A stretch of 64,000 nt of DNA from Felis catus (taxonomy: Eukaryota), in NCBI RefSeq assembly GCF_018350175.1, contig NC_058373.1, positions 117,864,001 to 117,928,000 on the forward strand, in the 5' to 3' direction. Each line of letters starts with the position of its first letter. Position 1 is the first letter of the stretch. The notes below the pieces were generated by a model. The model had not been told where the DNA came from and made no database searches. It saw nothing but the letters and a program-made list of their open reading frames with translations. The position numbers and the translations under genes are program-made. Below, one piece after another: positions 39,323 through 52,280 of this stretch.

Positions 39323-41286
39323 ATATCCATAGGTTGGGGATGAGTTGTTCTGCTGAAGAGCAGAGATGGTTCATTCAGCTCATGATAGCCATCCATGCCT
39401 CGGTAGGGTTGCCTCACCCACTTTTAAGATTTCTAAATGTCAGGGTGACAGGGACACAACCAGGCAACCATGATTTGACCTACAGAGAAACCACAACCAG
39501 GCATGACCTGTTATAGCTATCCAACAATGACAGGAAAGGAGAAATGATTTCTGGACCCAGAGTACCCCAAAGCCCCAGAACAGCAGTCTCCCAGCTCATG
39601 CCCCTTATTCAACTCTTTGACACCTACAACCCTTGCACTGTGTTCAAGATGACCTCCCGAGACAACATCCCGAGCTGTCCCAGGGTGTCAGCGCTCACCA
39701 TGTAGGTAGCTGCTTTATCCACACGGTGCCTCAGGAGGTTACTCTGAATCGCTTTGGGCTTTGGACACTTTGAAATTATCACAATTTATGTGGTTTACAC
39801 CCAGCTCAACACCATCTGCGGCAGAAGTCAAGGCCTGAAGAAGCAAGTAAGGGACAGGAGATGGACCGTGTGTGCATTTATCAGAGTAGCTCCACGCCTG
39901 TGGGCAGGAGAACCCGAGGAGGAAGCTCCAGGGTTCCATAAAATTTTCCTGAGGATAATTTCATCTCTCTCCTTTCTCCACTGACACGCATCCCTCTCTT
40001 TTTGTTCCCCTTCTCCAGCCAAATTCCAAGGGCCACCGTAGATAACAAGGTAACAGAATGCAAATGCTTCAAGGGGGCACACCCCTACTCCAGAGAGACT
40101 GTCAGAGCGGGGAGGCAGATCTGGAGTGAACAGCAAAACCTCGGGACTGCTCTAGCCATTGGATAAGCAACCCCTCCTCCACGCCTCCCTGCTCCTGCCT
40201 CTCCGATGGGAAAAGGAACACAATGAAACTAGGCTTTCCCTTGGGGTTCTGACCACCTTGTGTGGAGATTATGATTACCCTGCCGTTGCTATGCCTACCG
40301 TGATGTCATTCCTTTATCATTCCATTTGCGTGGATTTTTTCCCCCTTTTCTCCAAAGGATACCCTACTCTCCAGTGCCTGGGAGCCCACTGGGAGCCCAA
40401 CTCCAGTCCTCATGCTATCTAGACCCAGGGAAACCACTCTGTCTGGGGACCTCAGGCAACGCCACATAGTCCTGATGGGGAAAAAAAGCCAGGAGCAGCT
40501 TCCAGGATGCAGGTTAGTCTATCCCTACACTTTAAGCAGAAGTAAGCAGGGCACAGTATTTTACCTTCTTCACTCAAAACTGCAAACAGGAGAGGGGCAT
40601 ATGGTTAGGTCCTATCAGCTGTATTTAATTTGTCAGAAGAAAATCACTTCTTAAGTAAAATAAATGCAAAGAAGAATAAGGATAGAGGAAAAGGTGCACA
40701 AATCCCACACTATATCATGCACAGAGGAAAGCAAAGGAAGGGAGAAAATTATTTCCTCAATAGTTACATCTCGCACCGTCCAGCCATGTATCTCCAGGAG
40801 CTCTATGTCAACAGAAAGCATTCCTCTGGGTTCCGACTGTGCACCAGGCTCCGTGCTGGGTACTGGAGGCCCAGTCCCAGCCTTTAAGAAATAGTAACAA
40901 GATCACTGTTCACAATCACGACATCTACACAGGCTCATTCAAAAGGATTTTGCTCCACTAAATAGAGGAAAACTGTGGCTCTGAAAGATCAGACTATTTG
41001 TCCTTGGCCATGAGGCTCAGTCTACAATCTGTGGGCAGAGAGTGAAAGTGCGGGCATGGGCAGGCCTTGCCCCAAATCCTCAGGTGAAGGCAACAGCCTG
41101 CTGCCTGCTTCCTCCTCATTCTGTCTTCCCCTCCCAGGCCCTGCGGGGCTTCCGCAGACAGGGAAGGAAGGCAGAGGGCGGTGTCTCCAGTTCCAGCTGC
41201 TGCAACCTCACCAGGGGAATGGCAGCCACCTGCCTCAGACCGTGGGCAGGAGGGCCCAGGGAAGGCCTTCCCTGCGGCCTGCTCAC

Positions 41287-41363
41287 CCTCTGCGGCCAAG
41301 TTCACCTTTATGCCATGGCCCTGCTCCTGGAAGTCACAGACGTCACTGTGAAGACACAGCACC
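41287..41363 (-). other. Candidate internal exon (77 nt) of an unidentified minus-strand host gene
   Basis: Acceptor ctgttttctacag|G and donor AGG|gtgagc on the minus strand, in sequence with no recognisable repeat. No homology recognised. Confidence 0.45.
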
Positions 41364-43097
41364 CTGTAGAAAACAGCGGTCCTGCTGCACTAGAAATATC
41401 CAGACTTGTTCCATAAAAATGGCAGTGACTATTGGTATCAGCAGCGCCGTGGTCTGCAGTCAAAACCCAACACACAGAACTGGTGTTGTCTTTCTAAATA
41501 CACAACGTGCTTCTGATCGTTTAACCAGAAGCACCTATTCGTTTAATCAGAAGCAAGAGAAAAATCCGATCCCCATTTTGTGAATGAGGAAACCAAGGCC
41601 AAGAAAAGAGAAGGGGGCCACAGGTGACATCCATTGGCAGAGATGAGATTTTTATCTTAAATACTCATTTGGGGGCACCTTGGCAACAGCACAAGCCCTC
41701 GGCGCTTTGGGTGGAAGTCACACTACCGGGCCGCCACACCAGCCACAACTGTTAGTTTTTTGTGTGTTTAGTGGGGCCAGGGGGGTGGATGGCGGGAGAG
41801 AGATTCCCCACGAAAGCCCAAATCTTTGCTCCCAAACTGGCCGCTGAGACTGTTCAGGGGCCAGATGTCAGAAGTGGTGAAACTATCTTCCTTTTTAACA
41901 AGTCAGTCTGCCTTTCACCTGTCCTGAGGTAGGTGTCCACATGCCCTACTTTTCCATGCAGCCCTGCTCCCTTGGGAACAGAGGCCCGAACAGGCTGCTC
42001 TCCCTCACCCAGGTTATGAAGCCTTGCCATCCAAAACCAGGCCAGCGAGAACGCACAGGAAACATTCACTAGACCGTGGCTTGCTTGGTTTTAACAGCAA
42101 AAGCTACATTTTAGGACCCACCCCTGCGAGAGAGGACCTCACAGAAATCTCAGAGTGGATCAAAGCAGGCCAGCCTGATCACCCCCCACTAAACCCCAAG
42201 CTGCAAGGGAATCTGAAAAGCAGAAGTTCTGGAATCAGAGCTGGGCTTAAACCTCAGCAACACCCACTCACGATGCGGCCTTCAGCTGCCTGCCCCTCAG
42301 GTGTCCTCATCTTGAAATGGGGATGAAAATACCTAACTTCAAGAAAGTATGAAAATGCCAGTACATTCTAAGCACATCAAGACGGTAGCTATGATTACCG
42401 ATTTACCAAAGGCAGCAGTGTGTCTGTGCTCAGACTCCCACACATGTTCCTGGATCCTCTTCTGACCAACGTCCTTCACTTTCAACACAACTGGCCTGGG
42501 GGTAAAGCCTTCAGCCACAGAACGGAGCTCCGGCCCTTGCCAAGCTAACTGACCCATATAGGGTTCACAGCCCTGTTCTTACTAGAACAACTCTTTTGTT
42601 TGACTTGTAAATTTTTGCATGTACTTTTTATGCATTTGTATGCATACACATGCATAGATAATGTATTCAAATGGCATTTTATCACATGTCATTTTGCTAT
42701 ACGTTGTTCTCCCACATCAGCACCCCCCATCCTCAGCCCGCTTTCCCCAGGTAGCCCATGTTAACATTTTAGTGTGTCCTTCTACATTTTTCCCCAGACT
42801 CATGTAACTTCAGACACACACACACACACACACACACACTCATAGTGGGTTGAGGGGGGGTGGTGATTGTTTAAAAAAATAGAATTATAGATCATATACA
42901 TTCTTCTCCCTTTTATCTATTCTGCCATACTTTACCAAAATCTTTTAATGGTTCTGTAATGATCCAAGGTGTGAAGGTACCATAGCTACTGGGCCATTTC
43001 CCTACTGACATAGGCGCTCATTGAGTTTCAATTCTTGGCTGCTACTAACAAGCCAGCAATGGATTCCTTGTACATCCATCCTCACCAAAAACCACTT

Positions 43098-43975
43098 TCT
43101 TTTTTTAAATTGTTTGTTCATGTTTATTTATTTTTGAGAGACAGAGATAGAAACAGAGTGTGAGCGGTGAGGGCTAGAGAGAGAGGGAGACACAGAATCC
43201 AAAGCAGGCTCCAGACTCCAAGCTGTCAGCACAGAGCTTGACGTGGGGCTCAAACTCATGAACCGTGAGATCATGACAAAAAACCAAAATCAGATGCTTA
43301 ACCCACTGAGCCACTCAGGTGCCCCTCAAAGACCACTTTCTAACCAGACAAAATACCAAGCTCCAGGATGTGAAAGTCACCCATCAAAAGGACCTCGTGA
43401 TGAGCTCCCAATGTAGCCACTCATCCTTAAAACTCCTCTTTGCAAAGACCCCCTGCTTCTAGAAGGGCATATCCCAGGCAAGGAACTGGCCTCCAACCAC
43501 CAGTTCTTCCAGGATTCTACAGTGTCAAGTCAACTCTGCAGATTTTAATTTTCCCATCTGTAAAATAAAATAATAACAGCCTGGTGCTACAGGATCTGAG
43601 AGCACTTTTGTCAGTGATTTTTACGAGGAAGCGGTGTGTGAAGTAGTATTTTTGGTGTTATTCTATGGGATGTTGTTTCTAGCTTGTTGTTTGGGGGTCA
43701 CAGAAGGGAGGGCAAGCCAAACGAACAGATTTGATTAAATTCCCGCTAAGATTCAGGGGTGCCTGGGTGGCTCAGTTGGTTGAGCATCCGACTTCGGCTC
43801 AGGTCACGATCTCACTGTTTATGGGTTCGAGCCCTACGTCAGGCTCTGTGCTGACAGCTCAGAGCCTGGAGCCTGCTTCGGATTCTGTGTCTCCTTCTCT
43901 CTCTCTGCCCCTCCCCTGCTCATGCTCTGTCTCTCTCTGTCTCAAAAATAAATATAAACATTTTAAAAATTTTTT
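43098..43975. mobile_element. Head-to-head Can-SINEs (43098-43325 -, 43756-43975 +)
   Basis: TSDs accactttct and attccc(g/a)ctaagattca. Confidence 0.9.
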
Positions 43976-44821
43976 GAATTCCCACTAAGATTCAGAGGTC
44001 CCTATTTATAAGGTTTCGGGGGCTGGACGGGAAGGCCTCCTGTCCCTCTGCATTGCTGAAGCACCTTGCACCGTGGCTGTTTACAAACAGAAGTCAGAGC
44101 TAGACCAAGGGACTTTTGACTCTCTATTTGCCCAGCTTTGTCGAATTGCAAAGAAGGGCAACTGTAATTGAAGTTATGGGAGGAACGACCCAGCGAGCAA
44201 ATTTTGGGAAATCAGTAATCTCACTGATGTTTGATATTCACTCAAAACTTCCCTAAACTCTACATCTCATTCAATAAAGGGTGTGAGGAGTGTTGGGAGG
44301 GTAGGAGATGATTCTTTTTTGCAAAGGATGTGGCAATTAGTATTTGCTGTTCTTGAAAATAAAGCAGACATTTTGGGAGGTGGGGGAGGAGTCCTAAACC
44401 TTCCATTTCAGGTAGTACTACTCAGGTAGCATTTCAAGAGGCTCCCCAAAAGAGGCAGTTCCAGCAACTCAAGTGAATTTGCCCAGTGACCACACGGTCC
44501 ACACGCATGAGAGGGGAGAAATACAGGAATGGCAAAATGACAGAATGAGTACAGTGTTATTCTGCCTTAAAACCCAAATCAGATGTGAATACGGAATCAT
44601 TTTCTTCATCAAAATCAAGCAGAGGATTGCCACCCCTTCCCCGGAAGAGCGTGTGGCAGCATTTCCTGAATACACACCCACCCTCTGACCTGGAGGTCCC
44701 ACCGGCAGGTGTGTGCACTTCAGGCCCCCAAAAGACATGTGCCAGCATATTCCTCACCGTGAAATTCATAGAAGTCTCCAACTAGGAACTGCCATGTGTC
44801 CCTCAAGAGTAGAACAGGCAT

Positions 44822-45518
44822 GGGGCGCCTGGGTGGCTCAGTCGGCTATGTGTCCAACTTCGGCTCAGGTCATGAGCTCGCGATCACAGTTCACGGGTTC
44901 AAGCCCCACGTCAGGCTCTGTGCTGACAGCTCAGAGCCTGGAGCCTGCTTCAGATTCTGTGTATCCTTCTCTCTCTGCCCCTCCCCCGCTCATGCTCTGT
45001 CTCTCAAAAATAAATAGTTTAAAAAGTGTTTTAAAAAAGGGTAGAAGAGGCAAAGAAATGGTCTATTTACCTGAAGGACTACACAGCACTAAGAACAAAC
45101 AGCCTAATACTACAGTCAACACTATGGACGAATCTCACAGTGTTGAAGGGGGAAATCTAGACGCAGAAGCGGACATAGTAGAAGATTCCATCTGATGGGG
45201 TTAGAGCTGGGATAGTTACCCTTGGCGGGGCTGGGTAAGGGGTGAGGTTGTAACTGGAAGGGGCACAGCTGGGCTTCTGTCCTGTTGTTTCTTTTTTTTT
45301 GTTTTTTTTTTTTTTCAACGTTTATTTATTTTTGGGACAGAGAGAGACAGAGCATGAACGGGGGAGGGGCAGAGAGAGAGGGAGACACAGAATCGGAAAC
45401 AGGCTCCAGGCTCTGAGCCATCAGCCCAGAGCCCAACGCGGGGCTCGAACTCACGGACCGTGAGATCGTGACCTGGCTGAAGTCGGACGCTTAACCGACT
45501 GCGCCACCCAGGCGCCCC
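44822..45518. mobile_element. Tail-to-tail Can-SINEs (44822-45038 +, 45292-45518 - young)
   Basis: Second has TSD tgtcctgttgtttctt. Confidence 0.92.
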
Positions 45519-46184
45519 TGTCCTGTTGTTTCTTAATCTGGGTGTTGAGGACACAAAGAAATTCAACTTGTTGAAATGTATTCGGCTGAACACACCGTGC
45601 ACCTTTCTCTGCATATGCTACACTTCAATATTTAAACCTTTAAAAAAATCAGTCAATGAGCAAAACTTAAAGGTGATTATGAATAAAGTAATCAGGCAGA
45701 CAGGGCTCCTGGAGCCAGATCGTATCTGGCGTGTATCGTTCCCGGGAGCTCTCCTGTCGATGCGAAAACCAGACAGATTAGCTGAGTGTGCAAGACGGGC
45801 ATTCTGTGAGAGGAGATGAAAGGCGAACGGAGAACCTGGCACTTTCTTTGGAAAAGAGCAGTTTCACCAAATCTAGACGTGCAGCCTCCACTCAGGTTAT
45901 TAATCCAATGCGCTGTTACAGATGGACCCACATTTGCTTCAAAAATACTCAGGGTTTTGGTTTTCGCTTTTCTGCCCTTAAAAAAAAAAAAAAAAAGTTT
46001 GGAATGAGGGAAAAGGCCTAGTTATTTTATATGGAAATCGAATCTATTTTCACAGAGACTAGAGTGAAAATCCCATCAATGGGAAGGAAGCAGAAGCTAG
46101 AGATGGAAAGAGATGCTCTAGAAAGCTCTAGCACCACAGGCAAACTTGGGTCTCTTCTCAGCTCAATAACAATATTTGTAACAA

Positions 46185-46410
46185 TGGCTAACACTTAAGC
46201 AGGTTTATATAGGCCAGGCATTGCTAGAAGTGCTCACATGTATTAATTCATTCAGTCCCCATCTGTGAGGTAGGGGTTTATGTAATTCCCAACTTATAGA
46301 CTGAGACTGAGGCCCGGAGAGGTTAAGAAACTTGCCAAAAGTCACACAGCTAGTAAGTGACAGAAGTAGGCAGTCTATCGAAAGTCGGTGTTCTTAACCA
46401 TTATACCCTA
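46185..46410 (-). mobile_element. MIR
   Basis: ccaggcattg...gagactgaggcccggagaggttaagaaacttgccaaaagtcacacagctagtaagtg. Confidence 0.8.
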
Positions 46411-46910
46411 TTGCTTCCTAATAAGCACTTATTAAGCCCCTACTGTGCACTGTGCCGAGCAAGAGAGATACTGAGATACAGAAAACACTAGTCCGAGGGT
46501 TATGGAGTTAGTCCAGGCAGTGACAAGGATCACACAGGCATCTAGCCATCTAATTTCACAATGAGAAGTTGGAAAACTGTCTCCAAACACCTGGATATTT
46601 AGTTTTCAAGGACTCCCAAAGCAGTGTCCTTTTTCTCACTGATACTATGCTACCCATTAGAGTAAGTTGTAAGAATACACATTCCTTGATGCCCTACCCA
46701 CCCCTGAGTCCTGAGACTCAATAAAGCTCTCATCAAGTTGATTAAGAGGCAAAGAAGACCTGTAAGCACATTTGTTTATTTTTCCTGAACTGCCCTCTTG
46801 TGTAAAAAGGGTTGTTCACCCCTGATCTAGCAGGCATACATACAGGGCCTCTCAGAGGAAAAGAGACTCCCCCCCCCAGGTACCCAGGTGATTAAAAAAT
46901 GAAGAAATTC

Positions 46911-47352
46911 GGGGCGCCTCGGTGGCTCAGTTGGTTGGGCGTCCAACTTCGGCTCGGGTCATGATCTCACGGTTCGTGGGTTCCAGCCCCACGTCGGGCT
47001 CTGTGCTGACAGCTCAGAGCCTGGAGCCTGCTTCAGATTCTGTGTGTGTCTCTCTCTCTGCCCCCTCTCTGATCGTGCTCTGTCTCTCTGTCCCTCTCAA
47101 AACTCAAAAATAAATAAACATTAAAAAAAAAAAATGAGGAGGGGCGCCTGGGTGGCTCAGTCAGTTAACCGTCCAACTTCAGCTCAGGTCACAATCTCGT
47201 GGTTCATGAGTTCGAGCCCTGCGTCGGGTTCTGTGCTGACCGCTCAGAGCCTGGAGCCTGCTTCGGATTCTGTGTCTCCCTCTCTCTCTGCCCCTCCACT
47301 GCTCATGCTCTGTCTCTCTCTGTCTCAAAAATAAATTAATTTTAAAAAAACA

Positions 47353-47387
<35 letters not shown>

Positions 47388-47631
47388 GAAATTCAAGGCA
47401 GGACTACAACATGTATGGCACATTTTGACGTTTATTTATTTTTGAGACAGAGAGAGAAACAGAGCATGAATGGGGGAGGGACAGAGAGAGAGGGAGACAC
47501 AGAATCGGAAGCAGGCTCCAGGCTCTGAGCCATCAGCCCAGAGCCCGACGCAGGGCTCAAACTCATGGACCGCGAGATCGTGACCTGAGCTGAAGTCGGA
47601 CACTTAACCGACTGAGCCACCCAGGCGCCCC
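46911..47631. mobile_element. Cluster of three Can-SINEs (46911-47133 +, 47141-47386 +, 47427-47631 -)
   Basis: Three heads. Third has TSD catgtatggcacatttt. Confidence 0.93.
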
Positions 47632-49327
47632 ATGTATGGCACATTTTAAATATGCACACTTCACAAATTCACACTTTTCCCGTACATGCACACACAAACC
47701 CAAATATGATGTAAAATTATTATGATCTCAAAAGAATTACAGGATTTACTATTCTTAATATAAATTCGTAGTGCCCGGATGCCACAGATGGTATGATCTA
47801 GGCACAGAAGATACATGTGATCCCTTGTGACGTACATCCTGGTGATTACGTATATAATCTCATGCAAAGACGACATCACAGTTTCAGCTGAGGCCTCCAG
47901 AACTAGAGACCCTGGTTTAATCAGCTCTCACTATCGTCCCCACCTTATTAACAAGCTTTCCTTAAGGAAAGAAGAATAAAAGATCGATCCCAGTGGTAAG
48001 AAGAGTGAAGGCCCAGTTGGGAACTGATGAGAGAGAAGACACGAGGTTCACAGAGCTGGAGAAAATGTGAGTGAAAACCCCAGGACATGGCCACCTACAG
48101 AGCCAGGCTAGCCAGCTGTAGGATCTCCATGACACCAAGAAGTCAAGACCAAGAGGTCAGCTAAGGTTACGAGAGCCAGGCAGGAGGAATATGACCACCT
48201 GCCTCCTTACCCGTGAGGCTAGCTCCTACCCAGGACCTTAGATGCCCCACTCACAGTGCTGGCCCACCTCTGCCAGCTTCTCCACAAGCACAAGTGGGGT
48301 CCTAAGCACTTAGGAGTCTTCCAACATGTACTCCCTTCTCTAGGTCCACCCCATTTCCTGGGAGTCAATTAGATGCTTTTAGGGAGTAAAAAATGGTGCC
48401 CATTGTGAGATGCTACTTCCTACCAGAGTAGTGTGTGGTCTGATTCCAAAAGCTGGGGATGAAAAGAGTATGAAAGCTCCTCGGACCTCTGAAAATGAGA
48501 CCGTGCCGAAAACCGGTGGAAACCCATTGTCCAATATCTTTATTTTTCTGCTAAAATCTACCCACCGTGTGAGTTGCCAAGGCAAGTTATGTCTCTTGTT
48601 CTGAAGCTAGGAAGGTTCTCTCTCCACATGACACCTGCAGGAGATGGAAAACAATACCCTCTGCATATCATAGAACACCAGCTCCCAGTAAGAGGACACC
48701 CCAACTCCTGCCAGTGCAGTACCCAGGCGGGGGTGGCTTTTCCACTTTTCTCTAGACAGGCCACCAGGGTCCTCTTCAAGGGCAAAGGACTCTCCAGCCC
48801 CTGTGAGGCCTCACTGAACACTGTTTATTTATCTATAATTTATTTATAATTTCTACAGCTTTTTACCTGGAGACACACCCAACAAGAAGGGGTCTTACTC
48901 TTCCCACAGAGGTCTGTAGACCATGTACTAAATTCACCTGCTCTTACTCAAGCTATAGAAAGCTGACCTTGAAATACCCTATCTAAGGTCATCTCTTAGG
49001 TCCAGCCCAGGCCAACACAAACTGATTCTATTTTTTCAAAACACCAGCCCATTCAGATAGCCTTGTCTGTCTTCATTAACATTCTCAGTGACGAGAAGGG
49101 CCAGGGTTCAAGGCCCAAGGTTGCATCTAGAGGCCTATAGGAAGCTATAAAACTGAGAGATATAGCCAGTCCACGAGCTATCCTTGAGTCACTGACCTTC
49201 TTGACACATTCTCACTCCCTGGCAGTAATAGCTTAACACTTCCTGAGCATTGACTCTGGCTCAGACCATATCCTAAAAGCATCACATGGGTTGACTTATT
49301 TCATTCTTATACCAACCCTGGGGTACA

Positions 49328-49364
49328 TGGAAGGCAGCTATGCTCACCACTATACCACCAATGC
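49328..49364 (-). pseudogene. 5'-half tRNA-Gly(TCC) retropseudogene (tailless)
   Basis: Reverse complement GCATTGGTGGTATAGTGGTGAGCATAGCTGCCTTCCA matches nt 1-37 of mammalian tRNA-Gly-TCC and ends just after the anticodon. No T-arm and no polyA. Imperfect 13-bp TSD caaccctggggta / caacgctgtggta (49313-49325, 49369-49381). Confidence 0.9.
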
Positions 49365-49529
49365 CGCGCAACGCTGTGGTAACTGATAGAACTGGGATTT
49401 TAAACCAGAAGTGTGAGTTCAAATCCCAAACTCCAATGAGAGCCACAACATAGTTTTCGACTCAAGGATTACAGCTGGTGCTATTGAGAGGAGCATTCAC
49501 TTAACTGTTAGGAGCGTTCATTTGTCTCC

Positions 49530-49950
49530 CTATCTCCCTGAATCATACATTGCTAACTTCCCTCCAGTATTCATTCTCCCTTCTGCCTTCTTATAATAAC
49601 CTCCAGTCCCAAGTTTTGCCTGAGCACATGGCCGTCTGCTCCAGACTACATTTCCCAGCATCCCTTGCAGCCATATGACCAAGCTCCGACCAATGGGTTG
49701 TGAGTGGAAGCTCCTTAAGTGCAAGCTGCTGGCCTTGGATTTCATCACCTCCTACTACCCACATCCTGAAACACAGACTTAGAGATGCGAAACAGTAAAT
49801 AACCAGGGTCCGTGAATGATTTCATGTACCTACTTTGCCAGTTTGGTGTGCTTGCCCTAGGGTTTACATAAGACAGAAATAAACCTCTGTCTTATTTAGC
49901 CATTCTTTTTGGAGATCTGTGTTACGGCAGCATACTCTCTATGTTAGATT
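49530..49950 (+). mobile_element. Old MLT1 (MLT1J-like) LTR
   Basis: gactacatttcccagcatcccttgcag...aaataaacctctgtcttatttagcca...tgttacggcagc. Confidence 0.65.
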
Positions 49951-50309
49951 CAGTACCTTAAGGCCCAACTCATCTTATTCTACTCAACACCCCCAAAACC
50001 CTTTCTTAGCACTAGGAACATAGTGGTTACTCAACAAATATTTGTTACATGAGTGAAAACACCGTTATGTAAACCAGGTGATACTGGGCCCAAACAGACT
50101 TAGCTAAGCTCTGTAGATGACCCTTATCCAGGTAGGTACGATATCTCCGGCTTTTCTGGCAAGTAGGAGCTCAGGCCAGAGAGTCTGTGTTTAGGGAAGC
50201 ATTTGCAGTAGGGGAGGAGTGAACTTTTACTGCATCTGTTGTCGACTCTCTGCTGAGATGAAGGATTTTGTGCTTAACCACAAGTTAGCTGGGGTCACTG
50301 CTTGTCTCA

Positions 50310-50560
50310 TAATAATAATGAGCTCAATTTGAGCACTTACTTTGTGCCAGGACCCATACTAAGCACTTCACACACTAAGACATTTGTTTGCATTTAATCC
50401 TCCTGACAACCCGACAAGGTAGGAACTATTATTGTTCCCAAATGAGGAAACCGGGCGCAAAAAGAAGTTCACTAACTTGCCTGGGCCACGTGGCTAACAA
50501 ATGACAAGGGTCAACTTCAAACTCAAGTTGTAGGAGACCTAAACTTATTCTCTTCTCACC
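50310..50560 (-). mobile_element. MIR
   Basis: gagcacttactttgtgccagg...tttaatcctcctgacaaccc...aatgaggaaac. Confidence 0.75.
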
Positions 50561-51164
50561 CATCATGCTGCTCTGCCTCCTCACGTATGACAGGCTTACA
50601 TTCCCAGCTACGGTTCCAAGTTGGGAAGGCTGGACCGAGGATCGTGCTTTTCTGAATAGATGCGCAATGCACAGAGCGCCCGGTGTGGCTGTGACACTTT
50701 TCCCCTGGGCATGGCTGGTGAGGAGCTGCACACACCACCCCCACCCCCCACCCCACGCCAGCACAGAGCAGAAGGCAAACAGTCTGAGCCCCCTGGCCCA
50801 CAGAGCTCCTTCTTGCTCTCTCCTGGGCTGTCCTCACTGCCTCTTGACCTCCACACCCTGCCGCCCCTACCACTGCCACCCACAGCTTATGCCCTTTCCC
50901 TCAGCCACCTCACCTGGATTGGCCCTCCCACCTGCTTCCATGCACAATTCTTGCCTGGCCTTGCAACAGTCCTCGCTGAAGCCAGCAGGTGCAGATCCGC
51001 CTACCCCGCCTGGTAATGGTGTGGTCCAAGCTTCACTTCTCACCTCCACCCCAACTCTGTCCTCACTTTCATTCTTCACCTACAACAGTTCCCTCCTCCT
51101 CATACCACAAGCTCGGCAAAGTAGAGTCAGTAGTCAAGTAGGGAGACACCGAGCAGGCTTCATC

Positions 51165-51580
51165 CCAGAGGTTGCAAACCCAGGACCTACAGGCCAAATA
51201 CGGCCCCCAAGTATGCTTTGTTTGGCCGCACTCTGCTTTTTGAAAATTGAATTCATTACATCAAAAGTTGTTAGGGTTCACATAAAAAATTCAGATTTAG
51301 AGCCTCTCTTAAAAAGTGAGGAGTCTTGGGGGCGCCTGGGTGGCGCAGTCGGTTAAGCGTCCGACTTCAGCCAGGTCACGATCTCGCGGTCCGTGAGTTC
51401 GAGCCCCGCGTCAGGCTCTGGGCTGATGGCTCGGAGCCTGGAGCCTGTTTCCGATTCTGTGTCTCCCTCTCTCTCTGCTCCTCCCCCGTTCATGCTCTGT
51501 CTCTCTCTGTCCCAAAAATAAATAAAAACGTTGAAAAAAAAAATTTTTTTTTTTTAAAGTGAGGAGTCTTGGCGACACTG
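51165..51580. mobile_element. MER103-like hAT DNA transposon relic split by a SINE
   Basis: cagaggttgcaaac...ggccaaatacggccc...tcagatttagagcctctcttaaaaa...ttggcgacactg. A related end occurs at 52657-52700. Confidence 0.5.
51328..51555 (+). mobile_element. Can-SINE, young felid subfamily
   Basis: TSD aaagtgaggagtctt. Confidence 0.95.
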
Positions 51581-52030
51581 GAATCACCTTCCCATGTGAC
51601 AAATAGCTGGGGCTGAATTTGGACATCCGCTGGATGGGCATGAACTTCTAGCTCACCACCATCTTCTTCACTTCTTATCCTACGTTTCCCATCCAGACAT
51701 CCCTTCACTCACTGACACAGCAGGCCTGGCCCCTAAAGGCACTTGATTTGGCAGTGCCTGTTGTAGTGTCTTCATTCGGCTGATGAGCACACTGAGAAAG
51801 GGAGAAGAGAAATTATTCTTCCAGGTCTTGAAATTATCCTTCCAGGTTGAGTGCACCCACAAATCTATGGCTGGCTCTCATTAGACCATACCGACCAAGC
51901 TCCTGGGTGCCCCAGGCCCTGTCCAGAGCATCACAGGTGCTCAAGCAGGTGTTGTCCCTGCTTTTGCCTCGTCACCACACTCTTCCACACTGCTGCTCCA
52001 AACACATAGGTATGCCAGAGAAAGGCACTT

Positions 52031-52280
52031 TCTTTTTTCTCAATTTTTTTTTAAGTTTTATTTATTTTGAAAGACAGCATACGAGCAGGGGACACGGGGG
52101 GGGGGGGAGGGAGGGAGGGAGGGAGGGAGGGAGGGAGGGAGGGAGAGAGAGAGAGAATTTCAAACAGGCTCCATGTTGTCAGCACAGACTCCAACGCAGG
52201 GCTCCATCTCACAAACTATGAGATCATGACCTGAGCCAAAACCAAGAGTCAGACACTTAACTGAGCCACCCAGGCACCCC
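52031..52280 (-). mobile_element. Can-SINE, older, with (GGGA)n expansion
   Basis: Reverse-complement head at 52280 and a purine tract. Confidence 0.88.

Noticed and set aside
39743..39834. Minus-strand exon candidate with a good acceptor (cttgcttcttcag)
   Set aside because: The donor AGA|gtaacc is weak and there is no other support.
49328..49364. Functional tRNA gene
   Set aside because: It lacks the B-box/T-arm and the 3' acceptor stem.
50565..51356. Longest ORF (263 aa)
   Set aside because: No recognisable domain, Pro/Ser/Leu-rich low-complexity composition, and it runs through a DNA-transposon relic into a SINE.
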